Shown one piece after another: positions 28,289 to 40,600 of a stretch of DNA of 64,000 nucleotides. The DNA comes from Tricharina praecox (taxonomy: Eukaryota). The DNA is taken from contig NW_026250413.1 of the NCBI RefSeq assembly GCF_024521635.1, positions 186,001-250,000 on the forward strand. The letters are read 5' to 3'. A program made the position numbers and the translations under genes. Within the stretch, counting starts at the first letter, position 1. Each line of letters opens with the position of its first letter. The notes below the pieces were generated by a model. That model was not told the origin of the DNA, ran no database searches, and worked only from the letters and a program-made list of their open reading frames with translations.

Positions 28289-28503
28289 GTTCAGTTCTGA
28301 TAGTCCAGTTCTCATTGTCTAGTTCTCACAGAGTAAAGTACAGTCTAGTTCTCACAATCCTGTCCAGTCCGGTTCTCATAGTATGGTTCTTGTATAGTAG
28401 ATACGGTTCTGATACAGTACGGTTCTCACATGTACCATACAATCCCGTTCTCTCCCCGTTCCCCCCGTTCCCTCCAGCCCATCCAGCCCGTCTATCTAGG
28501 TAT

Positions 28504-31500
28504 CTAGTACCCGTGCTCTCCAAGCCACTTCTCAACCTCGCGCGCATCCCTCTCGACATACGCCGCATTCCCCCTAATATTATCCTTCACGACGCCCAAG
28601 CCCTTATCATATCCAGTATTATCCTTCTTTCTAAAGAACTCCTCGATCTCGCTTAACACCTCTCGGTTCGCAAACTTATTCAGCGAGTTCTTCAGAAACC
28701 TGTCCAGGACGACCATATTCCCGCTGAGCTGCTTATACACCTCGTCCCAGTTCTCTTGTATGAACCGCCACAGCGCCCCGCGCGCCTCAGAGTTGTTCGA
28801 CAGCGCGATCGCGGGCGTGTGCTTGTCCTGCACCTTGACTTTGTCCGACAGCGTGAACTCGAGGACTTGGCGGATCAGCGCCGGTTCCCGCACGCGCCCG
28901 AGGGAGGAGAGACAGATCTCCTGTCCGTCGATGGCCGCAGTGCGCGCGTACTCCGCCAGCACTGCAGTGACGGCGACGGCGCCGCCGGTGCCCACCGCGG
29001 TCCGGAAGATTGCGAGGCGAAGGGACGGGTGCACCAAGGATGTGTCGCCCGAGGTGTAGGCGGCGAAGCGCCGCTGCGCTTCGGCTATGACGGCGGCGTG
29101 TCCGCATGTGCCCGCCGTGGAGAGGAGCAGGGCCCGCAGGCGCCCCGTCAGGAAGTCCTCGCCTGCGCTGAACTCCCAGCCCAGTTTGGCGACGGTCGGA
29201 GAGATCAGCGATAGGGTGAATTGTGTGAGGCCGTCGCGGATACGGGGGGAGGACTCGGCGAATAGGCTGCGTAGCTTGTTGAGCTGTGAGAGGATCTCGG
29301 ACCACACTTGGTAGGACTGCTCGTCCGACAAAGCGTGCAGGAAGCTGAGTAGCCCTGCGGTGCTGCCCGCGCCGGAGAAGGCCATTGCTGCGGCGTCGGC
29401 GATGAGCCCAACGCGGTCGGAGACGGAGAGCGTGTGCCGGTCCGCGCCGAGCTGGGTCAGCCGCGAGGAGGGGTAGTTGACGCGGTAGAAGCCGTTCTGG
29501 CCGTGGTTGAGCTTGTAGTGCGATGTGTTGAGGTTCTTGATGGTGGATTCTTTGGCTGTGAGCGCGGCTACCTTTTCGGCCGAAGAGGTGTACGCTTCAT
29601 CGTTCAGGAAGAGCGGGATCCACCAGGTGGTGCTGTCTTCCTCCGGCTTGACGTCGCCGGTGCTCAGGAACCGGCTCTGCTTGACCGTGATCTGTCCGGG
29701 CGCTTCGGTCACGGTGAGCACGGGGAATCCAATCGTCTTGATCCAGTTGCGCTGCAGAAACACTTAGCACGGAACAACTCGGTAGTGACCAAGTGACAAA
29801 CCATGAACCCAGCCACGTCGGCACCTGCCTCCTCTCCCAGAGCTGTCCAGAGATCTTCGGTAGTAGCGTTTCCATAGGCGTGCTTCTTGAGGTAGTTGGA
29901 AACGCCGTTCAAGAACGTCTCCACACCGAGGTGACTACTGAGCATACGAATAGTGCTGCAGCCCTGTATTCTAATCAGCCACCTTCAACATCACCTCAAC
30001 ACCACCCGGTCATACCTTGAGATAACTGATATGATCGAAGATCTGATCAATCTCGAGCGCACTGCGCACCTCGACCTCGATCGGGTGGCTTCCACGCAAG
30101 CCGTCGAGCTGGAACGCTGTTTGAAGGGATTCAGTCTGAGGATGTGATCGTCAGTTGGGGAATCATGAGCGCGTGCCTCTGGATTGTCGACTCACGACAA
30201 ACTGGCCCCACACGTCCCATTCTGGGTGAAATTTGTCGGTAGCCAACCTGCAAAGAATGAGTATCCGAAGCATTGGTAGGGCTGTGTGTTGGGCACATAC
30301 CATCCGACCCAGGTTGCGAATCCCTCGTTCAGCCACAGCTCCGACCACCAGTCCATCGTCACCAGGTTTCCGAACCACTGGTGGGCTAGCTCGTGCGCCA
30401 CGACTACGCTCTGTCAGCTCGGATGTCCGGATGCCTGATTGGTGTTTACTAACCGTAGGCAACCCTCGTCTTGTAGCGAGCATCCGAGGTCTTCTCGTCG
30501 AACAGAACAGCGGTCGTTCTGTATGTGATCAGACCCCAATTTTCCATCTTCGTCCCGGTTAGCATGGACCTCAACTTTCGAGTCGGATTGGGTCAACCTA
30601 CAGCACCGTGTGACTAACAAACCGAGTGTCAGCAATGGAATATATGGCGGGGTTGGTAGGGACTTATAATTACAAATTCATGAACAGCCAACAGGTCGAC
30701 CTTTGGGAGGGGATAGTCGATTTTGAAGATCTACAGTCGTTAATCCCATTCCAATGCCTACGGGCGTGAACACTACCTCCGAGAAGTAATCGACAATCTT
30801 GCAGGCGTTCTCGAGGGCGAAGCGGCCCTGCTCGGCGAGCCCCTTGGTGGTGTAAACCCTGACGGGCAGCTTCCCGCGGCCTTCATACTCCCTCTCGGTG
30901 AACGACTCGACATACTCAAACTCGCCGCACGCCCAGGCATAGAGGTACGTGCTCATCTTCGGCGCGGTGACGAACGTGACCTTCTTCAGTCCATTGCCCA
31001 GGTCCTTACTCTCCTTCTCGGGCTGGTTCGACAGAGCGGTGTAGCTCTCGGGGATTTCGATCGAGAAGTCAAACGTTGCCTTGAGGTTCGGCTCGTCGAA
31101 GCAGGGGAACGCCCTGCGCGCATCGCACGACTCGAACTGCGTCGAGTACATCCAGTCGTCCTTTCCACCGTTCTTGTACGCGCTGCGGTAGAAGCCGGCC
31201 ATCTCGTGGTTCAGTGCGCCGGAGAACTTGATGGTGAAGGATGCGGTCCCCTCGTTCGGGATCTCCTCCGCCAGCGTGAGCTGTGCTATCTCCGTCTTCT
31301 TGTCATAGCTGATGTCGGTGACGGCGACGGTGGACTTGCTGCTGTCGAGGTACACGCTGCCAGAGTGCAGTGTCAGCTGCTTCGAGTTGATCGAGATCGT
31401 GCGCGTGGCTTGCTTCAGCTCGAGCGAGATCGTGACCGTTCCGTCGTAGGTGAAGCTCGAGCGGTCGAGGTTCGTGAGGTCGAGCCCGTAGTGGGTTGGC

Positions 31501-31587
31501 TTTACGCTGCAGACAGTCAATCTCTATGCATTTGGGCGGTATCAGATGCACATACTGCGAGGGGAGGATATCTCTGTCGGAAGCCAT
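28504..31587 (-). CDS. APE2: M1-family zinc alanyl aminopeptidase (Ape2/Aap1-like), about 10 exons
   Basis: [36 protein letters not shown]; spliced SHGA|MENWGL (GAMEN); HELAH...LWLNEGFA (HEXXH-x18-E); ERAP1-like C-terminal domain; canonical introns. Confidence 0.95.
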
Positions 31588-32036
31588 GGTTGATACGATG
31601 AATTGATGGTGTTTGATTGAAACACTATCGCCGTTCGCGGGGTAGTTTTATGTTCAGGCTGACGTAGGACAAAAGGTGGGGAACGCGCAGTCCGGTGGTA
31701 GCCGTTACGATCGCCCGCGCACGCTCACTGAAAACTACACTCCACACGAGAGAGGCAAGACTACAGTTTAGATCCTCATAAAGTGTTCGAAAATTCCAAG
31801 TTGTTCCAGTTGCTGTTTTGGAGCTGTTTTTGGAGCTGTATAGCGGCACGTGATCAGTCGCGTATTCGAAAGACGCGAACCCTCAACCACTCTACTCTAA
31901 AGTGCCTACACCGCTTTCCCTTATACACACAAACCACTATACAGCAGCGAGCCACCACCCCTTCACCCTCCCACCTCCACCACCACCACCACACATATAC
32001 GCGCATCCCATCTAATATACGCGTGCACCACACAAC
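31588..32036. promoter_or_regulatory. Probable bidirectional promoter between APE2 and APC15
   Basis: 449 bp between divergent ATGs; contains CACGTG (~31847) and CGCG-containing elements. Confidence 0.5.
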
Positions 32037-33034
32037 ATGAATTCGTCACTACCATTGATCACGCCCAGAGACGTACGCTTCCCCCTCTTCCCGCGCACAA
32101 ATTCACGACCGCCAGCTAACACCCGTCCTCCACCTAGTCGCACACACTCTGGTACACGCCGTCGTCGAACCACATCTACTACCCGCCACCGCCCGCCTAC
32201 ACGCAGTACTCCGGCGGGACCTCCGGCTCACCTCACAACAACGCCTCACAGTCCGGCGGGTCCGGCCAGAACCAGCGGGGCGCACCACGGAGCACGCGGC
32301 TCTCGGTCCTGGAGCAGCTCGAAGCCGACGAGCAGAATGTCGCGATGCGGAAGCTGGGCATCCAGCGCTTCGGCGCGACGTGGATAAAGCCGCCGGGAAT
32401 GTTGAAGACGCTGCAGGGAGAGCTGGATGAGAAGGCCGAGCGGGAGGAGGCGGAGGCCCAGGAGCTGCTGGAACAGGACGTCGAGATCCCTTCTGCCTTC
32501 GATGAGGACCCAGATGTCATGCATGAGATCACGGATCTGGATGCGAATGTCCCTGAGGGAAGCATTTCGGATCTGGAGGGCGCGGTGCCGGGCGATAGTG
32601 AGGATGATTCGTTCATGGGCGTGGTTGTGGGCGGTGAACAGGACGGGGAGGAGGAGGAAGAGGAGGGGGATGGTGGTGAGGTGGATCTGGATGATGATGT
32701 CCCTGAGGCCGAGGGGGGTTCGTATTCTGATGAGGATGAGGACGAAGAGGAGGAGGAGGAGGAGGATGATGAGGAGGAGGATGGCGATGAGGATGAGGAG
32801 GAGGAGGAGGAGGGCGCGCACGTGTCTACTGCCCATGAAGCACCCTCGGGCTCATCCCGTCCTGGCTCGGAGGAAGTCGGCGCACCCGACGAGAGCCCGC
32901 TCCAGGCTGCATTCTCGCACGACGAATGCTATCCCGACGAGAGGCGACAGCGCGCGAGACAGGACTACAACTGGAGGGGAAACTCTCGGTATAGACGCGA
33001 GACTACCGACAGTATGGAGGTGGACAGCGAATAA
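32037..33034 (+). CDS. APC15: Anaphase-promoting complex subunit 15 (Apc15/Mnd2 family)
   Basis: Exon 1 MNSSLPLITPRD, intron 32073-32137, then SHTLWY...IQRFGATWIKPPGMLKTLQ..EREE, DLDANVPE/DLDDDVPEA motifs and an acidic tail. Confidence 0.88.
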
Positions 33035-33483
33035 GCAAAAAAAAAAAGAGGTGGAGCTTTTGTTGTTGGTTCTCGGGAGCAGATTACCTGTAACCTACTC
33101 GGCGTTTGTGCCTATTTTCTTCACTTCGCTTCTAGTTACCCAATAATTACTTGGTTGTGGCGTTTCAATGATAAAGCTCCGATCCGGTTCGGCTCGGTTC
33201 GGTGTTTTGTACCTATTTTGAAGATCGTGGAATTGACATTGCACACAGACGAGCAAGAAACGGTGACTTCAAGGCAACGCGAGGCGAAATTCCTATGCGG
33301 ATATAAGCCCAGACCACCAGCCGTTCCCTCCTCGCCATAATGGATAAATGACCTCGCGAGAAAAAGCCATGGATGCGGTTGTCACCACCCCACCGCTGCG
33401 GACTCTCGTCATGTCCATGCACCGGGACGGGGATATATAGCCCCCCCTCCAGCACCAGCATCCTCTCCCGCCAGCCAGCAGCA

Positions 33484-35619
33484 ATGAATCCTACCACTCT
33501 ACTGCTACTTGCGGCACCAGCCCTGGGCTGGGTCGTCCCGGACGACGCCATGGCTCAGCGCATCTCACTCTCCTTCCAGTCCCCGGCTCAGCTCGATATC
33601 CAGCAGATTTTTAACGCTTTCACGGAGCGCCTCGAGAGCAGGCTTGACGAGCTTGAGGGCACGACGCTGCTTACTGCCTTCGCAAGGAAGGATTCGGACG
33701 ACGTTAAGGTGTTGGATAAGCAGAGTGGAGAGCGGGATGATGTCGGCGTGATCGATCAGGTTTACGAAAAGTATCTGGATCAGAAGGATGAAGCGTGGGA
33801 GGTAGGTGATGATCTGGAGTATCGCGGTGTCGAGGAGTGGGTGAAGTATTTTGGAATGGATACGGAGGATGGAGAGATGCTGGAGGTGGAGCACCATAAG
33901 AAGAAGGACCACGATCATGAAGGCAAGCATCACGGTGGGAAGGACCACGATCACGACGGCAAGCACCATGGTAGGAAGGACCACGACCACGACGGCAAGC
34001 ATCACGGTGGAAAGGACCATGATCACGATGGCAAGCATCACGGTGGAAAGGACCATGATCATGAAGGCAAAAACCACCACGGTGACGACCATAAAGGCAA
34101 ACACGGCGACGACCACAAGGGCAAGCACGGCGACGACCACAAAGGCAAACACGGCCACGACGGGGACCACGAGCACTCACCGTACGTACCTCCATCCCGC
34201 GAATGCACCAAACTGACGCCATACAGCCACGACGAAGACCCGCCCTACTCGGGGCCACCCAAGCACCGTCCCCACATGCCTCCGCGAGACCACACCGGGC
34301 CACACACTAACAGCACACTGTGGGACCTAATCTCGAGCTCCAAGCACACGACGCGGTTCGCGTCACTGCTGAAGAAAGACTCGTCTTTGCAGTCTTTGCT
34401 CTCCTCGAAATCCAGCAACATCACCGTCTTCGCACCGAGCAACCACGCCATCTCCACACTCGAAAAGCACCTCAAGAAGGGCCACGGGGACAAGGACGTT
34501 CCACCAGACGTCCTCCACCGCGTGCTATCGTACCATATCGCGAATGGCACGCATCGCTCGCAGGATCTGCGCTACCATAACACACTCATCACTCGCCTCC
34601 CAGATGCGGACCTGGGTGAGGGCATGGACCAGCGCGTCAGGATCGGGCTGAACCATAAAGGCCCGTCGCTGAACTTTTACAGCCAGTTCACCATGTTCGA
34701 CATCGTGGGCCCCCCCCCCCCCCCACTTTCTCCTTTGCCCTCGTATATATCCGCCCAGTACTAACCCCCCACCCCGCAGTTCGCACAGAACGGCGTCGTG
34801 CACGGCATCGACGCGGTACTCCTTCCGCCGCCGGACATCAGCACTCTGATCTCCTTGTTGCCGACGGCCTTCAGCACGAGCGAAGCGGCTTTGTCGCGAA
34901 CCGGTCTACTCGACACACTCCCCAAGCTCTCCGGCTCAGGGCTGACCGTGTTCCTCCCGTCAAACTGCGCATGGTCCAAGTTGGGCTACAAGCTGAACGG
35001 CTTCCTGTTCTCGCGGTGCGGCGAGAAGTATCTGCGCGCGATAATGAAGTACCACATCGTCGTGGGCCGCACGCTCTACTCTGACGCGCTGGATGTCCCA
35101 CAGAATCAGAGGGCAAGTAATGAACTCGATGATCCCGCCGGTCTGTTGCATGGCTATGTTCATGTAGACCTCCCGACGCTGCTAAAGGATAGACACCTGA
35201 GTGTCGATATTACGAGACTGGAGAGGTTCCTGAGTTTTAGGGTTAATGGGTTGAACTCGATTGGTACTCACCCCCCTCCCCCCCTCTCCCAGCTAATAGG
35301 TGGGTGAATGCTGACGCGCATAGTCGTATCCGATGGCCTCGCGAAATCCGGCGTCATCCAGGTGCCGGACCACGTCTTGATCCCGCCGCATAGTCTTGGT
35401 GAGCACCGGGATCCGCCGGAGGAGGTGGAGGCGGAGGAAGATGAAGAGGAGGAGGACGAGGAGGCGGAGGAGGGAACGTACTCGATCTCGCAACTGAAGA
35501 GGATCCTGGCGCCGTACGTCGAGAATGAGCAGGAGCAGGAGTGGGAGCAGGAGCAGGAGCAGCAGCAAGAGAGCAGCAAGATGCTGTGGGGCGCGGAGCG
35601 GGAGTGGGAGGGCTTGTAA
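33484..35619 (+). CDS. Secreted fasciclin (2 x FAS1) protein with His-rich repeat insert
   Basis: Signal-like MNPTTLLLLAAPALG; FAS1 motifs TVFAPSNHA..VLSYHI..NGVVHGIDAVLLPP and TVFLPSNCAW..IMKYHI..SGVIQVPDHVLIPP; introns near 34705-34779 and 35264-35323. Confidence 0.9.
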
Positions 35620-35620
35620 G

Positions 35621-35700
35621 CTTGTGGGCTTGTGGGCTTGTGGGCTTGTGGGCTTGTGGGCTTGTGGGCTTGTGGGCTTGTGGGCTTGTGGGCTTGTGGG
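35621..35700. repeat. (CTTGTGGG)x10 directly after the fasciclin stop codon
   Basis: Directly visible, perfect copies. Confidence 0.95.
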
Positions 35701-36066
35701 CTTGTATGATAGGCTGGGTAGGGAGTGGATGTGGATGTAGATGTGGATGTAGATGGGGGATGTGGATGTGGATGGGTGTACGTGGATGTACGTGTAGACG
35801 TACGTGTATTATATGTGAGATATGTATGTAAGATATTGACGACGGGAGTACTTCCTACCTCCTGCCTCCTACCTCCTTCACCGGAGTGGAGGGGAGTGGA
35901 GGGGAGTGGGGGGGGGTACGACAAAAATAAATAAAATGCTTGGTTTGGAGAGCATGGTGGTATACGGATTGAACTCGAGGGTATCGTGAGATCGTGCGAT
36001 ATATCTGCTGGGAGGTAGTGGGAGGTGCTGGGAGGTAGTGATAACAACCCGAGGAGGAGGAGCAGG

Positions 36067-36359
36067 CAGTGTTCTACATACCGGTAGTCCGGTCGGGACT
36101 GCAGTCCGACCCTTCGGACGAACTGCCGAAAAGTAGTCCGTCCCGTCCCGTCCATGGATTACGAGGATTACGAGGACTACAGTCGGTCCTCACCTCCGAA
36201 CATTTTGGACTACCTAGTCCGTCCGAATACCGCTCCCGGACGGACTGCCGAGATACAGTCCAGTCCAGCCCGTCCAGTCCAGTCCGGTCCGGTCCGAGGC
36301 CCAGGACGGGCGGACTGGACGGACGGTCTGGACTATGTATGTATGTATGTAGAACACTG
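36067..36359. mobile_element. MITE (hAT-like), 293 bp, perfect 14-bp TIRs, degenerate 8-bp TSD
   Basis: CAGTGTTCTACATA ... TATGTAGAACACTG; flanks GGAGCAGG / GGTGCAGA (6/8 identical), consistent with the 8-bp TSD of hAT elements. Confidence 0.9.
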
Positions 36360-37514
36360 GGTGCAGAAGGAGGAGGAGAGGAAATTGTGATCGATGCCGT
36401 TGCAGATGCTGTTTCCACCGTCGTAGTTGTCAGTCCCAGCACATATACCGGTATACGGGTGGATGAAACTTTGAGCACCACGCTGAGCCGGCTATGGATG
36501 CGGACACATTAACCTGAAGGCGATAACCATTAGGTATTCCGCTGTTTTGTATTGTACACCACATACCGTACGGGAATACCGCACATCAAGACCACAGGAC
36601 TTCCCAATCTTCAAGTCGCGCACACTCGAGCCGTCCGCATCCATAAGGTAACCCATTACCCACTTTTCATATCCATTCAGTGGGAAGGAGCATCGTCAGT
36701 AGGTACATTATGTAGTCAGTATAGTACATCCACGGTCTACCAACCACACCACCACCACACTGCCACACCGCCAACTCCACCAACTCCACTCCAGCCCGAA
36801 CCTCAAGGTCCTCAAGTTAAACACCATAAACACCACCCATTATCCATAGGCACTTCGCCATTCCTCTCCATTCTCTCCATTCGTATGATAAGCTATGATA
36901 TGATATGTACGTAACCCCCGCCATCCCCGCCATCCCCGCCATCCTCGCCAACCATCCAACCATCCATCCATAATGTGTAGCCCCATAGCCCCATCTCTCA
37001 AGAAACATCTCCCAAGTTCGCACAGCACGGTGGATCACCCGCAATCACGCACAGCCAACGAAAGAAGGGAAAAAACAGCAGCCGCCCATCACACATCCCA
37101 TCCCATCCCATCCCATAAAGGCAAGGCAGCAAGGCAAGAAAGACAAGGCAAGAAAGGCAAGAAAGACAAAGGATAAGTAAGTAAGTACATAAGCAAGTAC
37201 ATAAGCAAGCAGAAAGATACATAGAGCAGAAGGATAACCAGCAGAAGGATAACCAGCAGCAGCAAGCAAGCAGCAGTAAGCAGTAAGCAGTAACATCCCG
37301 CGTATTCCCCAAACCCGATAAAACCCCGGAAAGACTAGACAACAACAAAAAACTAGAAAGCACACCTGAAGAGGGAAAAAAACATATCAGAAGAAGAAGA
37401 AGCAGCAGAAGCACAATAAATGGGTGCAGATACTATACATACAAGATGAGACAACACAGAATGCAACACAGAATGCAACACAGAATGCAATGCAGTAGTA
37501 GACTAGTAGTAGAC

Positions 37515-37549
<35 letters not shown>

Positions 37550-37637
37550 CAAATCAAACGCCCGATGTCAATGCTATGCGAAACAAAGCCCTCCCAGCAC
37601 ACAAACTGCCGTTTCCGTTTCCGGGTATCCTCCCCTC

Positions 37638-40600
37638 CTACGCCATCTGCGGCTCGGGGCACACTAGCTTATCGCGTTCCTCCTTCTCTGCGCGATCCCT
37701 TGCCAGCCTTGCAAGAGCCGCCGAAATATCCGACACCGGGGCGGAACCCGGGCCAGCAGCAGGCGATTTGCCGGCGGCGTTCGTGAGCGTGGGAGTGAGA
37801 GCTGAACCTGCCTGCGGTGGAGATGGAGGCGGGGGTGCGTGTTGCTGTTGCTGTTGCTGTTGAGGGGGTGGAATGATGAACCCACTGGACTGCGGCATGG
37901 GGCTCGAGTGGTATAGCTGGGGCTGAGGTAGCGGCGCGTGGGAATAGTATTGCTGCTGTGTCGGCGGCGGCGGCGCCATCGAGACGGACGGACTGTATCT
38001 TGGCTGCTGCTGGGAGGGATGCTGCTGCGAGGGATGCTGCTGCGAGGGATGCTGTGGGAACGGGCGATGCTGCATGACAGGCGTGATCGGCGAGTAGCTC
38101 TGCGGCCGCGTGGGGGAATGCGCCTGTGGTGGTTCTCCTCCAAACATCTGTTTCAGCGGAAAACTCATTGACGATGAACGCTCTGCAGAGGAGGCCGGAG
38201 GCGAGTAGTCATGGTTGAAATGCGGCGAGGATTGCATGGAATGGACGGGAGTGGCCTGCGGTGACATTGGAGCCATCTGACGGTACTGGTTCTGGGGGCC
38301 AGGGCCAGGGCCGTATCCGATCAACTGGTGGTTGTAGTACTGCGGCCCGTATCCCGGCGGCAGACTCATGGTGTATCCCGGTGCCTGGACGACATGTACT
38401 GACGACTGGCGATACGTCTTTCTTGGTGGGGGCTTCGGCGGGACAAAGCTGGATGCCGGATTGTGCACTCGCTTGGCAGGATCGTCGGTGTACTTCGGTA
38501 TGTACTCCGTAGACTTCTCGCCCAGGTAATGCCACCAGAACTTCACCGGCTCTTGCTCGGTGTTAACGAGGCCCTCTCCGACCACCAGCTCGCCCCACGT
38601 GTATCCAGAGCCCAACTCTCCAAACGGCACATCTGCTTCCAGAATATCTTTCTGGGCCACCTTTGGTTTCCTCTTCGGATAGCTGGGGTTGGGATACATA
38701 GGTGCCGTAACGGTGGCATCGGGGAAATCCGTTTGCGACGAATCCTGGGCGAGGATCCATTTCCATTCGACTTCCAGGATGTCTCTGCAGCTGCCAGTCA
38801 GCAAATGTACGCAGGGAAGCTAGATGAGAAGAAGAAGAAGAAATACCCTCTCGGCAAAATCTGCACCAGCACGGTTCCCTCCTGGACACGGTTCTCACGG
38901 ACAACACCAGCAAATATTTCGGTGTGGCCCCCAAGATACTGCATCTGTATGACATCGCCCTTGATCAACGCGGCCGAGTAAGTGCGCACCAACGGGTCGT
39001 TCTCCAACGCTTCCGCATCAATATCCTTTGGTCGCTTGGAACGGTGGACTTTGCACCGGTAATCGATATTTGTCTGCGAGTATTGCTTACCGTCCTCGCC
39101 GGTAACCTGTACGTCCACCATGTTGACCAAAACACCTGCAGCGGCGGCGCACGTGGCATGGTACGCGCGTGTGCACTTCTTGGCTGAACACTGGAAGCAG
39201 GAACCCTTCTTCTGGCGACAGAACATGCACTTCAGTTCAAGTCTTGCCTTAGGGATCTCTTCGGTGTTCGCAACGAGTTCCTTCTCGCGAGCATCGTCCC
39301 ACTTGAAGTATGTCTCGGGTGTGTAGAGGGCACATAGTCTATGCATCGTTAGTCATCTGATTTGTACTAAGGGTCTCACAGCGTACTTATGTGCATGGGC
39401 TCCATTATCTGTTTCTAGTAAAGGCTCAGACGGTATATCATTTGGACAAAGAACACACTACAATATAGCAACAGTAATTTAGCAAGTTATCATCAAAGCC
39501 ATTTCCAGATCACCACATCAAAGTGGAAACAACGACGTACCGGCTCTCTGACAGGAGTCTTTGCAGGTTTTCTGGGTTTCTTGGCGATAGTGATGGTAGT
39601 ACCATCCTCGGCCTTTCGCTTTCTCGGCCTACCGCGCTTCGGCTTTCCATCGACGCTTTCCGGAGGTGTGGGGAAATCACCAGGCTTCTCAATCTCCTTA
39701 CCCTCCTCATCATAATATCCGTATTCAACCTCGTCATCGTCATCAAACTCGTCATCCGTCGGAAGGCCGGCCAGCTTGCGTTCAATCTCATCGATATCAA
39801 CAAACACCGAATCGTCAACGCACTCGCACTTCTTCGCGTCACGTCCAAACTTGAGCCATGAGCTAGTCGCAAAGTTAACACTCTCGGCGCAGTTGTATCC
39901 TAGGTTGTATCCGGAATGGTAACCGAATGGGAACGTGATCACAAACTCGCCCTGGCGGTGAACTAGTTTATTAACTTTGATGCCATGCTGTGACAACAGG
40001 GCTGGTGAAACCAGAAAGGTTTTATGACGGAGGAATTCCGAGCACTTCTTAGCTTCATTCGGCCAGATGCCTATCGAACCAACGTTAGCTACACTGGAGA
40101 GGCTTTGTGTGGGGGGCATACTCTTCATGACTTGCTCAAACTTCGCCTTGTCTTCGCTGGAGATGGAATACCATTGTTTGGGCGCACCAAAGTGGATGTA
40201 ATTGATGCTGTACAAGTCCATATCCTCCAGGTGCCACGAGAACGTGCTCTTCCACATCCCGAGGTACAGGTACGCCGTGTTGACACCCGGCAGCTTCTTG
40301 CCCAAACAGTCCAGCAGGTTCTCGAGCTTCGCGACGTTCCACGAAGTAGTGCGCTCGTCGAACAAGCTGCCGGGCATGTCGGCACCGTAGAGCGGGCTGT
40401 TATAGGTCAATGTTCTCCAGTAGGCCTTCTCCAGCTCAGCACAGCGCTCGGCAGTGAATTGGTCAACATCCGATATGCGGTAGTCGAAACCTTCGTAAGC
40501 GATGTCATCGGCAAGTTCCCTTTCCTCGGCTCGTTCCTTGGCTGTCTTGCGGCGAGGAGCAGCCTTCCTTGGCTGACGACCGCCGGGCGCGTCGGCTTCT

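Noticed and set aside
27768..28315. ORFs with 17-aa repeats
   Set aside because: By-product of a stop-free 17-bp array read in several frames.
35621..35700. Interstitial telomere repeat
   Set aside because: Unit CTTGTGGG is not TTAGGG and appears to derive from local sequence.
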